Position numbers and translations under genes: made by a program
Part shown: positions 50,980 through 61,871 of the stretch, piece by piece
Position numbering within the stretch: position 1 is the stretch's first letter
Layout of the letters: every line of letters starts with the position of its first letter
Notes under the pieces: generated by a model
What the model was told of the DNA's origin: nothing
Databases searched by the model: none
Seen by the model: only the letters and a program-made list of their open reading frames with translations
Source: an uncultured Pseudomonadota bacterium
GTDB lineage: Bacteria; Oederibacteriota; Muellerivitia; Muellerivitales; Muellerivitaceae
DNA: 64,000 nt
Direction of reading: 5' to 3'
Assembly: GCA_963836235.1 (NCBI GenBank)
Contig: CAWIIP010000004.1
Coordinates: forward strand, 32,001 to 96,000

Positions 50980-52395
50980 ATGACGACTAAAGAAGTAATG
51001 GATTTGATCAAGCAAAAAGATGTCAAGTATGTGGATTTTCGTTTCATCGACATGCCCGGCATCTGGCAACATACGACTTCACCGGTGAAGTTTTTTGATG
51101 AGGATGTTTTCAAGGACGGAAAGGGGTTTGACGGGTCCTCCATCCGCGGTTTTCAAGCCATCAACGAATCGGACATGCTATTGATCCCCGATCCAAACAG
51201 CGCTTTTATCGATCCCTTTTTCGCCGAAACAACCCTTGTGATGACTTGTAATGTCATTGACCCAGTTACCCGCGAATCCTATTCGCGTGATCCGCGCTAT
51301 GTGGCGCAGAAGGCCGAGAAGCACCTCAAGACCACCGGCATTGCCGATATTTCCTATTGGGGTCCGGAAGCCGAATTTTTCATATTCAACGACATGAAGT
51401 TCGACCAGAACATGCATAGCGGGTACTATTCGGTAGATTCCACGGAAGGCCTCTGGAACACCGGACGTGACGAATATCCGAACTTGGCCTACAAGGTCCG
51501 TAATAAAGAAGGGTACTTTCCGGTACCCCCGACCGACAGCCAAATGGATATCCGTTCCGAGATGGTGACGATTATGCAACAAGTGGGCATTCCCATTGAG
51601 ACCCACCATCATGAGGTCGCCACCGGAGGCCAGGCTGAGATCGACATGGTGTTTGACACGCTGGTCAGCATGGCCGATAAGCTATTGAAATATAAGTATG
51701 TCGTCAAAAGCGTGGCGCGCAAGCACAACATGGTGGCTACTTTTATGCCCAAGCCCCTTTTCGGAGACAATGGGTCGGGGATGCACGTCCACCAATCCAT
51801 CTGGAAGGGCAGCACTAATGTGATGTATGACGAGAAAGGTTACGGCGGCTTGTCCCAGAGCGCTCTTTATTACATCGGGGGCTTGCTAAAACACGCTCCG
51901 GCCCTATGCGCCTTTATCTGCCCGACCGTCAACAGCTACAAACGGTTGACGCCCGGCTTTGAGGCACCGGTTAATTTAGTATACAGCCAGCGCAATCGTT
52001 CGGCGGCCTGCCGCATTCCGCTTTACTCCAAGAGTCCCAAGGCCAAAAGAGTCGAGTTCCGCACGCCGGACCCATCCTGCAATCCCTACCTGGCCTTTTC
52101 CGCCATGCTGATGGCGGGATTGGACGGTATCGAGAACAAAATTGATCCGGGCAAACCCCATGATATGAATCTTTATGAATTGGAAGGGCGGGAATTAAAG
52201 AAGATCAAGAATGTTCCCGGATCGCTTAACGAAGCTTTAGAGGCCTTAGAAGACGATCATGAATTCCTTCTTAAAGGAGGAGTTTTTACCGAAGACTTAA
52301 TCACTGAATGGGTTAACTATAAACGAAGCAAAGAGATAGACGCCATTCGTCTTCGGCCCCATCCATACGAGTTTGTGTTGTATCACGATATTTGA
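50980..52395 (+). CDS. glnA: Glutamine synthetase type I
   Basis: FDGSSIRGF, HHHEVATGGQAEI, ATFMPKPLFGDNGSGMHVH, adenylylation-type NLYEL. Confidence 0.97.
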   Translation: MTTKEVMDLIKQKDVKYVDFRFIDMPGIWQHTTSPVKFFDEDVFKDGKGFDGSSIRGFQAINESDMLLIPDPNSAFIDPFFAETTLVMTCNVIDPVTRESYSRDPRYVAQKAEKHLKTTGIADISYWGPEAEFFIFNDMKFDQNMHSGYYSVDSTEGLWNTGRDEYPNLAYKVRNKEGYFPVPPTDSQMDIRSEMVTIMQQVGIPIETHHHEVATGGQAEIDMVFDTLVSMADKLLKYKYVVKSVARKHNMVATFMPKPLFGDNGSGMHVHQSIWKGSTNVMYDEKGYGGLSQSALYYIGGLLKHAPALCAFICPTVNSYKRLTPGFEAPVNLVYSQRNRSAACRIPLYSKSPKAKRVEFRTPDPSCNPYLAFSAMLMAGLDGIENKIDPGKPHDMNLYELEGRELKKIKNVPGSLNEALEALEDDHEFLLKGGVFTEDLITEWVNYKRSKEIDAIRLRPHPYEFVLYHDI

Positions 52396-52416
52396 TTTCA
52401 AATAAACCGTTGTTTT

Positions 52417-52450
52417 AAAGCCCTGCTTACTTAAAGTGGGGCTTTTTTTT
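52417..52450 (+). terminator. Rho-independent terminator of glnA
   Basis: AAAGCCCTGCTT...AAGTGGGGCTTT followed by a T-tract. Confidence 0.8.
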
Positions 52451-52667
52451 AGTGCTAAGAATTTTTTGAAGTAAAGTTTGATCTTATAGTCTTTGGAATT
52501 ATCCCGACTTGACTGTGAAGAAAGCGCTCCCTTTTGATTAGCCGGCCTATCCTTTGAAAATCACAGTGGAATTTTGCCTAAAATGAGGTATTTTTGATGT
52601 ATAAACAATCTGTCTGATCGTGAAACATTTTGGGAAACAACCGATATCGTTTTAATAATGGTGATTA

Positions 52668-55610
52668 ATGACTAGGAAAAAAAACCTAAATTTTGGAAAG
52701 ATTATTCTATTTTTGGTTTTTTTATGCGTCATTCCCGTATCCCGCCTGCTGGCTTGTGGCAGCGGGCTCAGTATCTTAAGTGTGACCCTTTCGCCGTCAA
52801 CGGCCGCTCTTGGGTCATCCATTTCGGTGACAGTGGTGTACCAACAAACCGCAGGATGGAATCAGGTCTATCTTCTGGGTGGGTTCAACCTCAATCAAAA
52901 TACTTTTCAAGGTTGCAACACGACTGGCCAGGATTTTGTAATTTACCAGGGCGCTCCCGGCAATGGGGACAGCCCTGGGGCCGGATCGGACGCGGGGGGT
53001 TACCTCGTTAATCCCGGCGGAACCGGACCTGCCACCCAAGTTTTCACCGTTACTGTTCCCCCGGAATTGACCCCGGGCGTGACTTATAATTTCATCGTGG
53101 GGGGGAGCGGTTGCGACGCTAAATGCGGCGATGCGGGTAACATGGAATCCCAAAGTTCCGCTTCCTTGACAACCCTGCTTCCGCCGCCCAGTTGCGCGGC
53201 CACGGTTTTGACGGAAGGCGTCACCGCTGCGCCTAACGGTTTTTTCCTTTTCGATATCGATTACAGTTTCGTGAATGCCGGGAGCAGCAATATTGTTTAT
53301 CCGCTTCCCAGCAATGTCACTTATGTATCCGCCGGTCCGAATGCCGTTTATAACGGCGGTTCCAATAGCGTTAGTTGGAATTTAGGCAATGTTTCCTCAC
53401 CTCAAACAGGAGTCTTGTGGACTTTGGTGAGTGTGAATTCAGGCACAGGGACGGGGGTGGTCATTCCCAACGTGGCAACTCTCAATAGTGCGAATTGCGG
53501 GACGAGTTCGAGCAACACTGCCAATGCAATGGTTCAAATCCCCAACCTAACTTTAACCAAAAGCCAATCCGCCGCTTCGTTGTCGGCAGGGTCAACGATC
53601 ACGTATAACTTGGATTGGACTTCCATGGGCCAGAACCTTCAGTTTTATGATTCCTATGACAACATCCCTCAGGGCAGCAATACCAACGGTAGCGCAGTTG
53701 CATGGGGTTATGATTTAACGAATTATACCGTTGCGTCAGCCGGAAGCCCTTCGGCCAACGGAACTTGGACCGTGGAAACAGACGCTCTGGGTAACCACTA
53801 TATTGACGCGACGGTAGCCAGCCAATGTGGTGGTGGAGCTCCCAACCAAAATCCCGAGTTAATCCGAAATATCCCAGGTGTGGACATTTGTGGTAATTTT
53901 ATCGTTGAGGGGGATATCGAGGTTCCCAACTCAACCTCTTGTCCGGCGGGCGCGGACGCCCACATGGTACTGGCTTGCAATCCATCCCAGGGCATTACCT
54001 TGAAAGCAGCGATCTCGATAGACAACAATCCGGGCAACCTTTTCATTCAGAAGAACAATATCTATCCCCTTCCGGCTGGCGCCAGTATGGGTGTTACTTT
54101 CCCAAGCGGTTCCCCCACGACCATCGTCATAGGCAATTGGTACACCTTGCGGGTACAAGTCCAATGTTCGGGGACGGGAACCATTACCTATACTGCGGCG
54201 CTTTGGCCCAAGGGCGATCCGGCCGCCGCGGTGACTCTTAATTACACGGATAACACCCCCATCCAACCGATTTGTTCTGGGGGATGGACGCAAGGCTGGC
54301 AAGTCGATGAGACATCGGGCGAGGATTGGTACTCGAACCTAAAAGTTTTCGGCCCGGGGCCGATATTAAGCGCCGCCGTTACCGATGTCGTTCCCGCCGG
54401 AGTAACCTATATCGGTAGCACCGCTTTCGGAATTTACAATGGCGGGACTAACACGATTTCCTGGAGTTCTCCTAATGCCTTCCCGGTTACCATGTTTTCT
54501 TTCGATACGCCTATCAACTGGTGGGGAACCGTGGCTTGTCCGGGGCCGATTACCAATAACTTTACAATGGCTGCCAATTCCATCCCCGCGGTTACTTCAA
54601 ACACGGTTACTTTAAGTATCTCTGGAGGTTGTATTACCACCACACCGACTCCCTCACCCACCGCAACACCTCCGATTGTTTCGTCTTTCGGGTGTTTTGC
54701 CCTGAGCGGAGATGGGGGCGATACGATCATTTCGAATGTCGGCGGCTATGTCGGCACCGCTCCAGCGCCCGCAGTTGTTGTGACGGATGTAACTTTGGCC
54801 TCGCCCATGAACTGGCCGAGCGCTTGTGGCGGCCAATGGATATCGGATAATGCCAATGCCTTTGCCCTCCAATCCACCCCCGCGACCATGGTGTTTCAAC
54901 GGACCTTTTCCATCAGTTCCGCGATTATCAGTAGCGGTTCTTTTGGGATTTCCTTTGGGGCCGATGATACGGCTTACTATGTTTTATCCAATAGCCTTTA
55001 CCCATCGGGAGTGACCATCGCTTCTACACTTTTTAAAAATTGCCAAGGGCAGGCTTTTAGTGGAAGCCTTTTGAGCAGCTCGGGCCCCAATACTTTGACT
55101 AGTTATTTGATAAATACCACCAGCATTCCAACTGGTGTTGGCTCTAATTACGGGTTTACGGGTCTTTATTATGCACTTTGTGTCATGGGCCTCACTCCTA
55201 CCCCGACGGCAACTCCCACTCTTACTCCAACTTCCACTATTACCGCGACACCCACCTTAACCATAACACCGACCATTACTAATACTTCCTCGTTGACCCC
55301 AACATCCATACCCACCCCTGTGGGTCTTCATGTTTGGCCCAATCCCTTTAACCCACAATATGCCTGGCCCGGCAATGGTGTTGGCTATTTGCGGGCTTAC
55401 ATGGTTCCGCCAGGAACGAAGATGAAAATCTATTCCATTTCCGGAGAATTGGTGATCACATTGGGCGAAGATCCTGCTTATCCTGGGTACATTGATTGGG
55501 ATGCAAAGAACAACAAAGGCGTGCCGGTTTCGGCTGGGATTTATTACTATGTCATCCAAAACAATAATTCCACCTTGTTGAGTGGAAAGGTATTAATTTT
55601 GAGGGATTAA
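52668..55610 (+). CDS. Secreted Cys-rich multi-beta-domain protein (DUF11-like, lectin-like) with Thr/Pro linker and C-terminal sorting-like domain
   Basis: Signal peptide; LPSNVTYVSA, VTDVVPAGVTY; WPNPFN...IYSISGELV...SAGIYYY...GKVLILRD. Confidence 0.82.
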   Translation: MTRKKNLNFGKIILFLVFLCVIPVSRLLACGSGLSILSVTLSPSTAALGSSISVTVVYQQTAGWNQVYLLGGFNLNQNTFQGCNTTGQDFVIYQGAPGNGDSPGAGSDAGGYLVNPGGTGPATQVFTVTVPPELTPGVTYNFIVGGSGCDAKCGDAGNMESQSSASLTTLLPPPSCAATVLTEGVTAAPNGFFLFDIDYSFVNAGSSNIVYPLPSNVTYVSAGPNAVYNGGSNSVSWNLGNVSSPQTGVLWTLVSVNSGTGTGVVIPNVATLNSANCGTSSSNTANAMVQIPNLTLTKSQSAASLSAGSTITYNLDWTSMGQNLQFYDSYDNIPQGSNTNGSAVAWGYDLTNYTVASAGSPSANGTWTVETDALGNHYIDATVASQCGGGAPNQNPELIRNIPGVDICGNFIVEGDIEVPNSTSCPAGADAHMVLACNPSQGITLKAAISIDNNPGNLFIQKNNIYPLPAGASMGVTFPSGSPTTIVIGNWYTLRVQVQCSGTGTITYTAALWPKGDPAAAVTLNYTDNTPIQPICSGGWTQGWQVDETSGEDWYSNLKVFGPGPILSAAVTDVVPAGVTYIGSTAFGIYNGGTNTISWSSPNAFPVTMFSFDTPINWWGTVACPGPITNNFTMAANSIPAVTSNTVTLSISGGCITTTPTPSPTATPPIVSSFGCFALSGDGGDTIISNVGGYVGTAPAPAVVVTDVTLASPMNWPSACGGQWISDNANAFALQSTPATMVFQRTFSISSAIISSGSFGISFGADDTAYYVLSNSLYPSGVTIASTLFKNCQGQAFSGSLLSSSGPNTLTSYLINTTSIPTGVGSNYGFTGLYYALCVMGLTPTPTATPTLTPTSTITATPTLTITPTITNTSSLTPTSIPTPVGLHVWPNPFNPQYAWPGNGVGYLRAYMVPPGTKMKIYSISGELVITLGEDPAYPGYIDWDAKNNKGVPVSAGIYYYVIQNNNSTLLSGKVLILRD

Positions 55611-55760
55611 TCTAATACGGGGTTTTTGACGTTCAATCCTTTCTTAGTTCGGAAAATTGAAATAGCGGTTTAAAGGCCAACTGATTATGATAGTTAAGCT
55701 TTTCGGATGATTCTTATTTAACAAGTTTGTATTAATTAATTCTCGTAACCAACATCGTTT

Positions 55761-57962
55761 ATGAGGAAGCCTATGCCGTGTGATAAATCATATTTTTCCC
55801 TGTGTTTTGGGCGGATAATACTAAGTTTGGCCGCTGCCTTATTCCTTTTTACCTTTAGTCTCCCCTTCCCTACAGAAGCCCAACAGGTGTCGGGTGCCGG
55901 TAGCACCAGCACGAATTTCCAAAAGATAGGCATGGGGGCCCGTGCGGCGGGAATGGGAAACGCTTTTACAGGTGTGGCAAATGATGTCACCGCCGTTTTT
56001 TGGAACCCGGCTGGCCTGATTCTAGCCAAGGGAACTCAGTTCAATTTCACTGAAGGGGTTTGGCTCCAGGGAGTCAGCGACGAGTATTTCGCCTTTAGCC
56101 AGAACATCGATCAGGATGGAGCCTTTGGCGGGAGCATCGAGTATTTAGGGACGGGTTCCTTTCCAGGGGCATTAGAAAATCCCGACGGGTCTTATGGAGG
56201 TGTAGGTCCCAATATCAGCGCTTCCAACTATTTCGGTACCTTGGCCTATGCCCAAAGGCTGGGTAACTGGATTCCGGGAGATTTTTTCAAAAAGTCCATG
56301 TTGGGTCTTGAAGCATCAGTCGTGGGCCAGAACGTCGTCAATATCGGCAACGCCGCATCGTCTTTCAACCTGGGATATCTTTACGAAATTACCCGGAAGA
56401 CTTTTTACTTGGGCGCTCTTTTATCCAATGTGGGAACCAGTATTCAAAGTTTCACCCAGCCATTAAGTTATCGATTTGCCGGTTCCTATACCCTTCGGAA
56501 TACCCTCATGAAAAAAGATCGGGATATTATCGCTATGGATGCGAATGGGTATAACGACACGGGTTTTAAGTTCGACCTCGGTGATGAATATCAAATGACT
56601 TTAGGGCGAAACGATGTTGCCTTGCGAGTGGGGTACAATACCGAGGATGACCTTTCGGGAATCACAGCGGGTGCAGGTATCGCCCACCGGTTTGACGATT
56701 TCACCGCTTCCTTGGACTATGCTTTTGTTCCTTATGGAGTGTTGGGGAATACCCATCGGGTTTCACTCAACCTTTTAATGGGTGGCGATCTAATTAAGCC
56801 CGAGGCCTATGTCAACGCGCAATCGGCTTTCGTCTTAGGCCAGCAGACCATTAACGTCAATTTCGCCACCAAAAGCGAAGAACCCATCGACAGCTACAAC
56901 ATCACCATCCTGGATTCCTCGGGTACTTTGGTTAAGACCTTTTCCGGCAAGGGAACGCCTCCTTCCCATTATCTTTGGGACGGCCGTAATCAAGCAGGGG
57001 AATTAGTCCCCCAAGGAACCTATTCTTTTAACTTGTCTGTTACCGACGATAACGACTTGTCCGGAACCGCTCGGCCTGCCCAAACCTACGCAAAATGGGT
57101 TCCCAAAAGAGTCCCCTATCAATATACCTTCGGAGTTTCAGGCGACTTGTTGTTTAACTCTGGCAAGGATGATTTGCAGCCAAGGGGTTACGATGCCATC
57201 CAAAAGGCCGCCATGGCCATCCGCCATCGGTATCCCGACAGCCTGATTATCATCGCGGGCCACACGGATAATGAGAAATTGGCTAAAGGGGCCAAGTTTG
57301 CCGATAACCAACAGCTTTCTTTGGCCCGAGCCCAGGCTGTCATGAATTATTTGGTCCGTAATGGAATGGATGCTTCCAAGTTAAGCGTTGTGGGTTACGG
57401 AGATACCAAACCGATCGCGGATAACGCCACGCCGGAGGGCAGGGCAAAAAACCGCCGGGTGGAACTGGTGGTCTCGGGCGTTATGGACGCCACCGCGACC
57501 GACTTGATCGACGAAGGGATGATCCAGTTTAAACAACAAAATTACCGGGAAGCCTTGGACCGTTTCTTGAAGGCCCTTGAATCCGACAGCCGAAATGCCA
57601 AAGCATATCACTTGGCGGGGGATTGCTATATGCGCTTGGGGGGCAGGGACCAGGCCATTGCCGCTTATCAGAAATCGCTGAAATACAATCCGGGAGACGC
57701 GCCCTTGAGACAATGGATGGACCAGTATGCGCCTAAGCCCGTACCTGTGGCGCCGACAACGAACGTGGCCCCGGCGGCGACTTCACCCCAAGCCAATTCC
57801 GTCCAACCGGCTCCGAATAGTCCCGCTACTTCTGCCCAACCTGAAGCACAGCCCCAGCCCGCTCAACCCGCGGTTCAAGAACAGCCGGCCCAGCCCCAAT
57901 CGGCCGCACCAGCTACTCAAGCCTCTCCCACAGGTATGCCCCAGCCAGTCGATGGAAATTAA
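55761..57962 (+). CDS. PorV/PorQ-like (UPF0164) beta-barrel fused to FlgD-like Ig, OmpA-like peptidoglycan-binding domain, TPR and Pro/Gln tail
   Basis: GARAAGMGNAF..VA.D.TAVFWNPAGL, DYAFVPYG.LG.THR.SL, WDGRNQAGELV, GHTD...LSLARA...GRAKNRRVE. Confidence 0.85.
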   Translation: MRKPMPCDKSYFSLCFGRIILSLAAALFLFTFSLPFPTEAQQVSGAGSTSTNFQKIGMGARAAGMGNAFTGVANDVTAVFWNPAGLILAKGTQFNFTEGVWLQGVSDEYFAFSQNIDQDGAFGGSIEYLGTGSFPGALENPDGSYGGVGPNISASNYFGTLAYAQRLGNWIPGDFFKKSMLGLEASVVGQNVVNIGNAASSFNLGYLYEITRKTFYLGALLSNVGTSIQSFTQPLSYRFAGSYTLRNTLMKKDRDIIAMDANGYNDTGFKFDLGDEYQMTLGRNDVALRVGYNTEDDLSGITAGAGIAHRFDDFTASLDYAFVPYGVLGNTHRVSLNLLMGGDLIKPEAYVNAQSAFVLGQQTINVNFATKSEEPIDSYNITILDSSGTLVKTFSGKGTPPSHYLWDGRNQAGELVPQGTYSFNLSVTDDNDLSGTARPAQTYAKWVPKRVPYQYTFGVSGDLLFNSGKDDLQPRGYDAIQKAAMAIRHRYPDSLIIIAGHTDNEKLAKGAKFADNQQLSLARAQAVMNYLVRNGMDASKLSVVGYGDTKPIADNATPEGRAKNRRVELVVSGVMDATATDLIDEGMIQFKQQNYREALDRFLKALESDSRNAKAYHLAGDCYMRLGGRDQAIAAYQKSLKYNPGDAPLRQWMDQYAPKPVPVAPTTNVAPAATSPQANSVQPAPNSPATSAQPEAQPQPAQPAVQEQPAQPQSAAPATQASPTGMPQPVDGN

Positions 57963-58302
57963 TTAGGTTTTGTGGCGAGCACGAATAAATTTTTTATACA
58001 TGGTTTCTCTTAAAATTCTAGATATTTGAAAAGATATCGAAGTTATTGCAGTTCAATTCCAAGGCTTTTCCAAAGACGTTTTTTAATTTGCTGATCCCCT
58101 TTTTTCCGTACCTTCTTGGTCATCCCGATGACCCATGTGCTATGGGGTGAAGAGTTATGAGTACAAATAGTGGGATTCCACAAAGAATTTCCTAAGGATG
58201 CGGGCGATAAAGTCCAAGGTGGGGAGGCGGTTTTTCCTTGTCCGCGGGGTTGGCTTCTGGGTAGCATAGGAAACATTCAGCTTACGGGAGCGCAGGCGTC
58301 AT

Positions 58303-58752
58303 ATGAGAAAAATACTTGTTCTTCATGGCCCCAATTTGAATCTTTTAGGGGAGAGAGAACCTAATGTTTACGGTTCGGTTACCTTGGAGGAAATCAACCG
58401 GGAATTGAACGACCTAGCCTCCGAAATCGGCGCAGAACTCCGTATCGTCCAATCGAATCATGAGGGTGAAATCGTCGAGACTATCCAAAATTCCAGGCAT
58501 TGGGCCGATGTCATCATCATTAATCCCGCCGCTTATACTCATACGTCGGTAGCCATCCGGGACGCGCTATCGGCAATATCCACCCCCACCATCGAGGTTC
58601 ACCTTTCTAATATTTACGCGCGAGAGGGATTCCGCCAGGCTTCCCATATTTCGCCGGTGGCGGTGGGTCAAATCACGGGGTTCGGAAAAAACAGCTATCT
58701 TTTGGCCCTCCAGGCCGCCACGGTTATTCCATTGCCGGAAAAGAAGAAATAG
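58303..58752 (+). CDS. aroQ: Type II 3-dehydroquinate dehydratase
   Basis: [36 protein letters not shown]. Confidence 0.97.
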   Translation: MRKILVLHGPNLNLLGEREPNVYGSVTLEEINRELNDLASEIGAELRIVQSNHEGEIVETIQNSRHWADVIIINPAAYTHTSVAIRDALSAISTPTIEVHLSNIYAREGFRQASHISPVAVGQITGFGKNSYLLALQAATVIPLPEKKK

Positions 58753-58934
58753 TTCTTAAAGCCGCTGACCAAGAAGGCGAATATCATCCATTTATTCCGA
58801 ATGATAGATGGACAACTCTGAAAATTCTTTTTTGGGGTTTGGAGATGTAAAAAATAAGACTTTCTTGGCGTCCTGGCCGTTGGCAGCTTGAAGGCTTCAT
58901 GGTGAATTATTAGGGATTCCCTTAAAATGACAGG

Positions 58935-61871
58935 ATGAAATCCATTCCCTCCATTGCTATTTCTTCTGACCGAATATTTGAAATTTCCTGCCTCACCATT
59001 GGGATTTACCTTCTTTTTCACCCCGCCTTAGCCTACCCCCAATCCCGTGCCGTGGCGCTTGGGGGAGGTTTATTACTTCTACTATTTAAAAGGGTGGAGC
59101 CAAATTCCTTTGCCGTTTTAGGGAAGGCATGGTGGTTTTTTCTACTTTATGCTGTTTTGTCTTCTTTCGGTTCTTTTCAGCATGGTTTGACATTACAGTC
59201 GGCTGGATTTGTCTTTTTGGGTACGATTCTCTATTTAATGGCCCAGCACCGGGATCCGACGGCCAAAATAAGAATGGAAACGGTTTGGGTCTTAACGGCT
59301 GGAGTGGCAGCTACGTTGGCTTTGGCCCAACGTTTTTACGGGTTTGATCAATTGGCTTTAGCCTTGCCGAGTCTTTCCGGGGAAGAATTAAAAATTGCCA
59401 CGGCAGGCGCCCATAACCACCGTGCTTTCGGCCCCCTAGTGACCCCGGGGGCTTTGGCCGCTTTGATGATTCTTTTGATCCCGCTCAGTTTCGTGTTTGC
59501 TTGGGTTCATTCCGGTTTTAAAAGAATTCTCTTCTCCCTTTTAACCCTCTTGATGGTTTTAGGGCTTTGGTCCACCCAAAGCGTAGGGGCGCTGGTTTGC
59601 CTCACCCTGGCGGTTTTAGCGGTGCTGGGATTCCGGAAATCCCGGCTTTGGATTCTTGGGTCACTGGTTTTGGGGCTTGCGGGCATATTTAAAATGGTAG
59701 CGATGCGAGGATTGCAAAGCTGGATATGGGCCGCCTTTTCCATGAGATTAGACCTCTGGAAATCAGCCTGGGCGCTTTTTCTGCAACATCCTTTTCTGGG
59801 TTCGGGCTTGGGAACATTCGGGGAAGTTTATCAGCAATCTGGCCTTAGTTTGGATATCGGCGCCAGGTTCGCGCACAACCTCCTATTACAACTTTTGGTG
59901 GAAACGGGTTTAACGGGAATAATTCTGTTCTTTTGGGGGATCGTCGGGTTCATCCGAAGATTAAAACTACCCTCCCGATGGGAAGGCTGGGGAGTATTGA
60001 CGGGTGTTATGGCTTTTCTTCTGTTTTCTTTAGTGGACCTACCTTTTCAAATGCCGGAACTGGTTTGGGTATTCGCCTTGATGGCTGGACGACTTGAATT
60101 GAGGCCAGAAACAGAAAGAATTTTTCTGGCCCTTTCTGTTTCGTGTCTTGAATACGGACTGCTTGGAGTAATGGTGATTTCGGGTTTTTGGCCTCCCTTC
60201 CGGCCCTGGAATTTCGCCTTATTGGCAGGCGCTCTTTGGGTTACCCTGGCCTTGTTGGGAAAGTCTTTCGACCGGATTCCATTGTGGGTATTCCTTGGCG
60301 GGCTTTTTGTCGGGTTGAGGGCTTTTAACTCGTCTTCGGCCGAGGGAACAGTCCGTTTCTTGGAAACAGCGGGGATTGCCCTGGTTTTTTGGCTTGTGGC
60401 GGGTACTTTGGATTCAAAGGGTACTTTTGTCCGGCGTTTTTGTCTATTGGGACTGGCTTGGGGAGCCGCCGCTTGGGTTGTTTCCTTTTCTGGAGCGCCA
60501 TTCGAGGCCTGGGCGAATTTTACCAATCCCAAGCATCTCGCTGTTTTTTTGATTCCGCTAATAATCTTGTTTTTTCCAACGGGAATTCCGCAGACGAAAA
60601 ACATTCTCGTTTCCGGGGCGGCTCTTTTGACCATGGCAAGATTGAGAGCGACAGGGGCCTTAGTCGGGCTGACTGTGGGTTTCCTAATGCTTCCGAAACT
60701 TTCCAAAAAAATAAAACTCTTATCGCTGGCGCTTTTGATCCTGGCGGCTTGGGTCATTCGTGCGCTCCAGCCCAGTTCAACGCAATGGGATCGCCTCCTG
60801 ATCTGGAAAGCCTCCGCTCAAGTCTGGAGCCGCCATTTATTGATAGGGAATGGCCCGGGAGTTTTTGATGGCGAGTTCGAAAAGATCGAAGAACCGCGTT
60901 CGGGAGGATTGAGTCGCTATCTAATGGAAGCCGGTTATTCCCACAACGAGTTTTTGGAATTTCTCACCGCTTTCGGTGTTGTGGGAGGCCTTTTTGTGGT
61001 GGTTGGGTTGTGGACTTTATTCCGGGCAAACAAAGACGGCCCTCGTACCGCCGCTTTTGGCGGGGTAAGCGCCGCTTCTTTGGTGGACTTTTGCCTCCAT
61101 ACACCCCGGGTTTTTCTGCAATGGGTTGCTTTGATGGCCCCACAGCAAGAAGAAAATCTTGGGATTTCCTGGCCGGGTGGGTTCTTGGCTTTTGGCCTAG
61201 TTTGCGGACTTTTTTGGGCAGCCGCCTTTGTGCCGCATCTTGAGGTTCAGGCAGGTGAAGCGGAAAACCAAAACCAATTCCCCCTAGAGCTTCGGCTTTT
61301 GGAAACGGCAGAAAAATTGAATGCCTGGGATGCCCAGAACAGTTGGGTGAAGGCCCAATTCCTCGAGAGACTTTACCTTGCGACGGGTGATCTCAACTGG
61401 AAACAAAAGTCCGACGACACCCTGGCGAAGATTTTGTACCTGGAGCCGAACCAGGGGGATTGGTATTGGAAAAAAGCGAGACTTCTCTCTGAGCGGGTGA
61501 ATAAGGAAAAGACGCCCGCATCCATGACAGCCGCAGTCCAGGCCTGGCGGGAAGCGGAAATCCAACTGCCTTATTCCGCCTACTTGCGCTATGAAGAAGG
61601 GATGTTCTTCCTTCAGTCTGGGCAAAAAGAAGAGGCGGTCTCATCCCTTCAAAAAGCGGTGGAACTGGAGCCCAACTATGCGGTGGCCTGGGCCAAGCTG
61701 GGATTCCTATTGAAAATGGAAGGGAGCAAGGACCAAGCCCGGCAGGCCTTCCAGCAAGCCCTCCAGGTCCATGAGGCTTGGAAGGATAAATCGATCGATT
61801 CGCCGGAAAAACCCATGTTGGCCATCCCGGACGATGTGATCAACCAAATCCGCCAGGAAGCGCGGTTATGA
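58935..61871 (+). CDS. Tandem O-antigen-ligase-like (two Wzy_C-type domains) membrane protein with C-terminal TPRs
   Basis: Two copies of R..(L/I)W...G.G.G.F...(A/S)HN..L..L...G..G; many TMs; AVELEPNYA.AW TPR. Confidence 0.82.
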   Translation: MKSIPSIAISSDRIFEISCLTIGIYLLFHPALAYPQSRAVALGGGLLLLLFKRVEPNSFAVLGKAWWFFLLYAVLSSFGSFQHGLTLQSAGFVFLGTILYLMAQHRDPTAKIRMETVWVLTAGVAATLALAQRFYGFDQLALALPSLSGEELKIATAGAHNHRAFGPLVTPGALAALMILLIPLSFVFAWVHSGFKRILFSLLTLLMVLGLWSTQSVGALVCLTLAVLAVLGFRKSRLWILGSLVLGLAGIFKMVAMRGLQSWIWAAFSMRLDLWKSAWALFLQHPFLGSGLGTFGEVYQQSGLSLDIGARFAHNLLLQLLVETGLTGIILFFWGIVGFIRRLKLPSRWEGWGVLTGVMAFLLFSLVDLPFQMPELVWVFALMAGRLELRPETERIFLALSVSCLEYGLLGVMVISGFWPPFRPWNFALLAGALWVTLALLGKSFDRIPLWVFLGGLFVGLRAFNSSSAEGTVRFLETAGIALVFWLVAGTLDSKGTFVRRFCLLGLAWGAAAWVVSFSGAPFEAWANFTNPKHLAVFLIPLIILFFPTGIPQTKNILVSGAALLTMARLRATGALVGLTVGFLMLPKLSKKIKLLSLALLILAAWVIRALQPSSTQWDRLLIWKASAQVWSRHLLIGNGPGVFDGEFEKIEEPRSGGLSRYLMEAGYSHNEFLEFLTAFGVVGGLFVVVGLWTLFRANKDGPRTAAFGGVSAASLVDFCLHTPRVFLQWVALMAPQQEENLGISWPGGFLAFGLVCGLFWAAAFVPHLEVQAGEAENQNQFPLELRLLETAEKLNAWDAQNSWVKAQFLERLYLATGDLNWKQKSDDTLAKILYLEPNQGDWYWKKARLLSERVNKEKTPASMTAAVQAWREAEIQLPYSAYLRYEEGMFFLQSGQKEEAVSSLQKAVELEPNYAVAWAKLGFLLKMEGSKDQARQAFQQALQVHEAWKDKSIDSPEKPMLAIPDDVINQIRQEARL

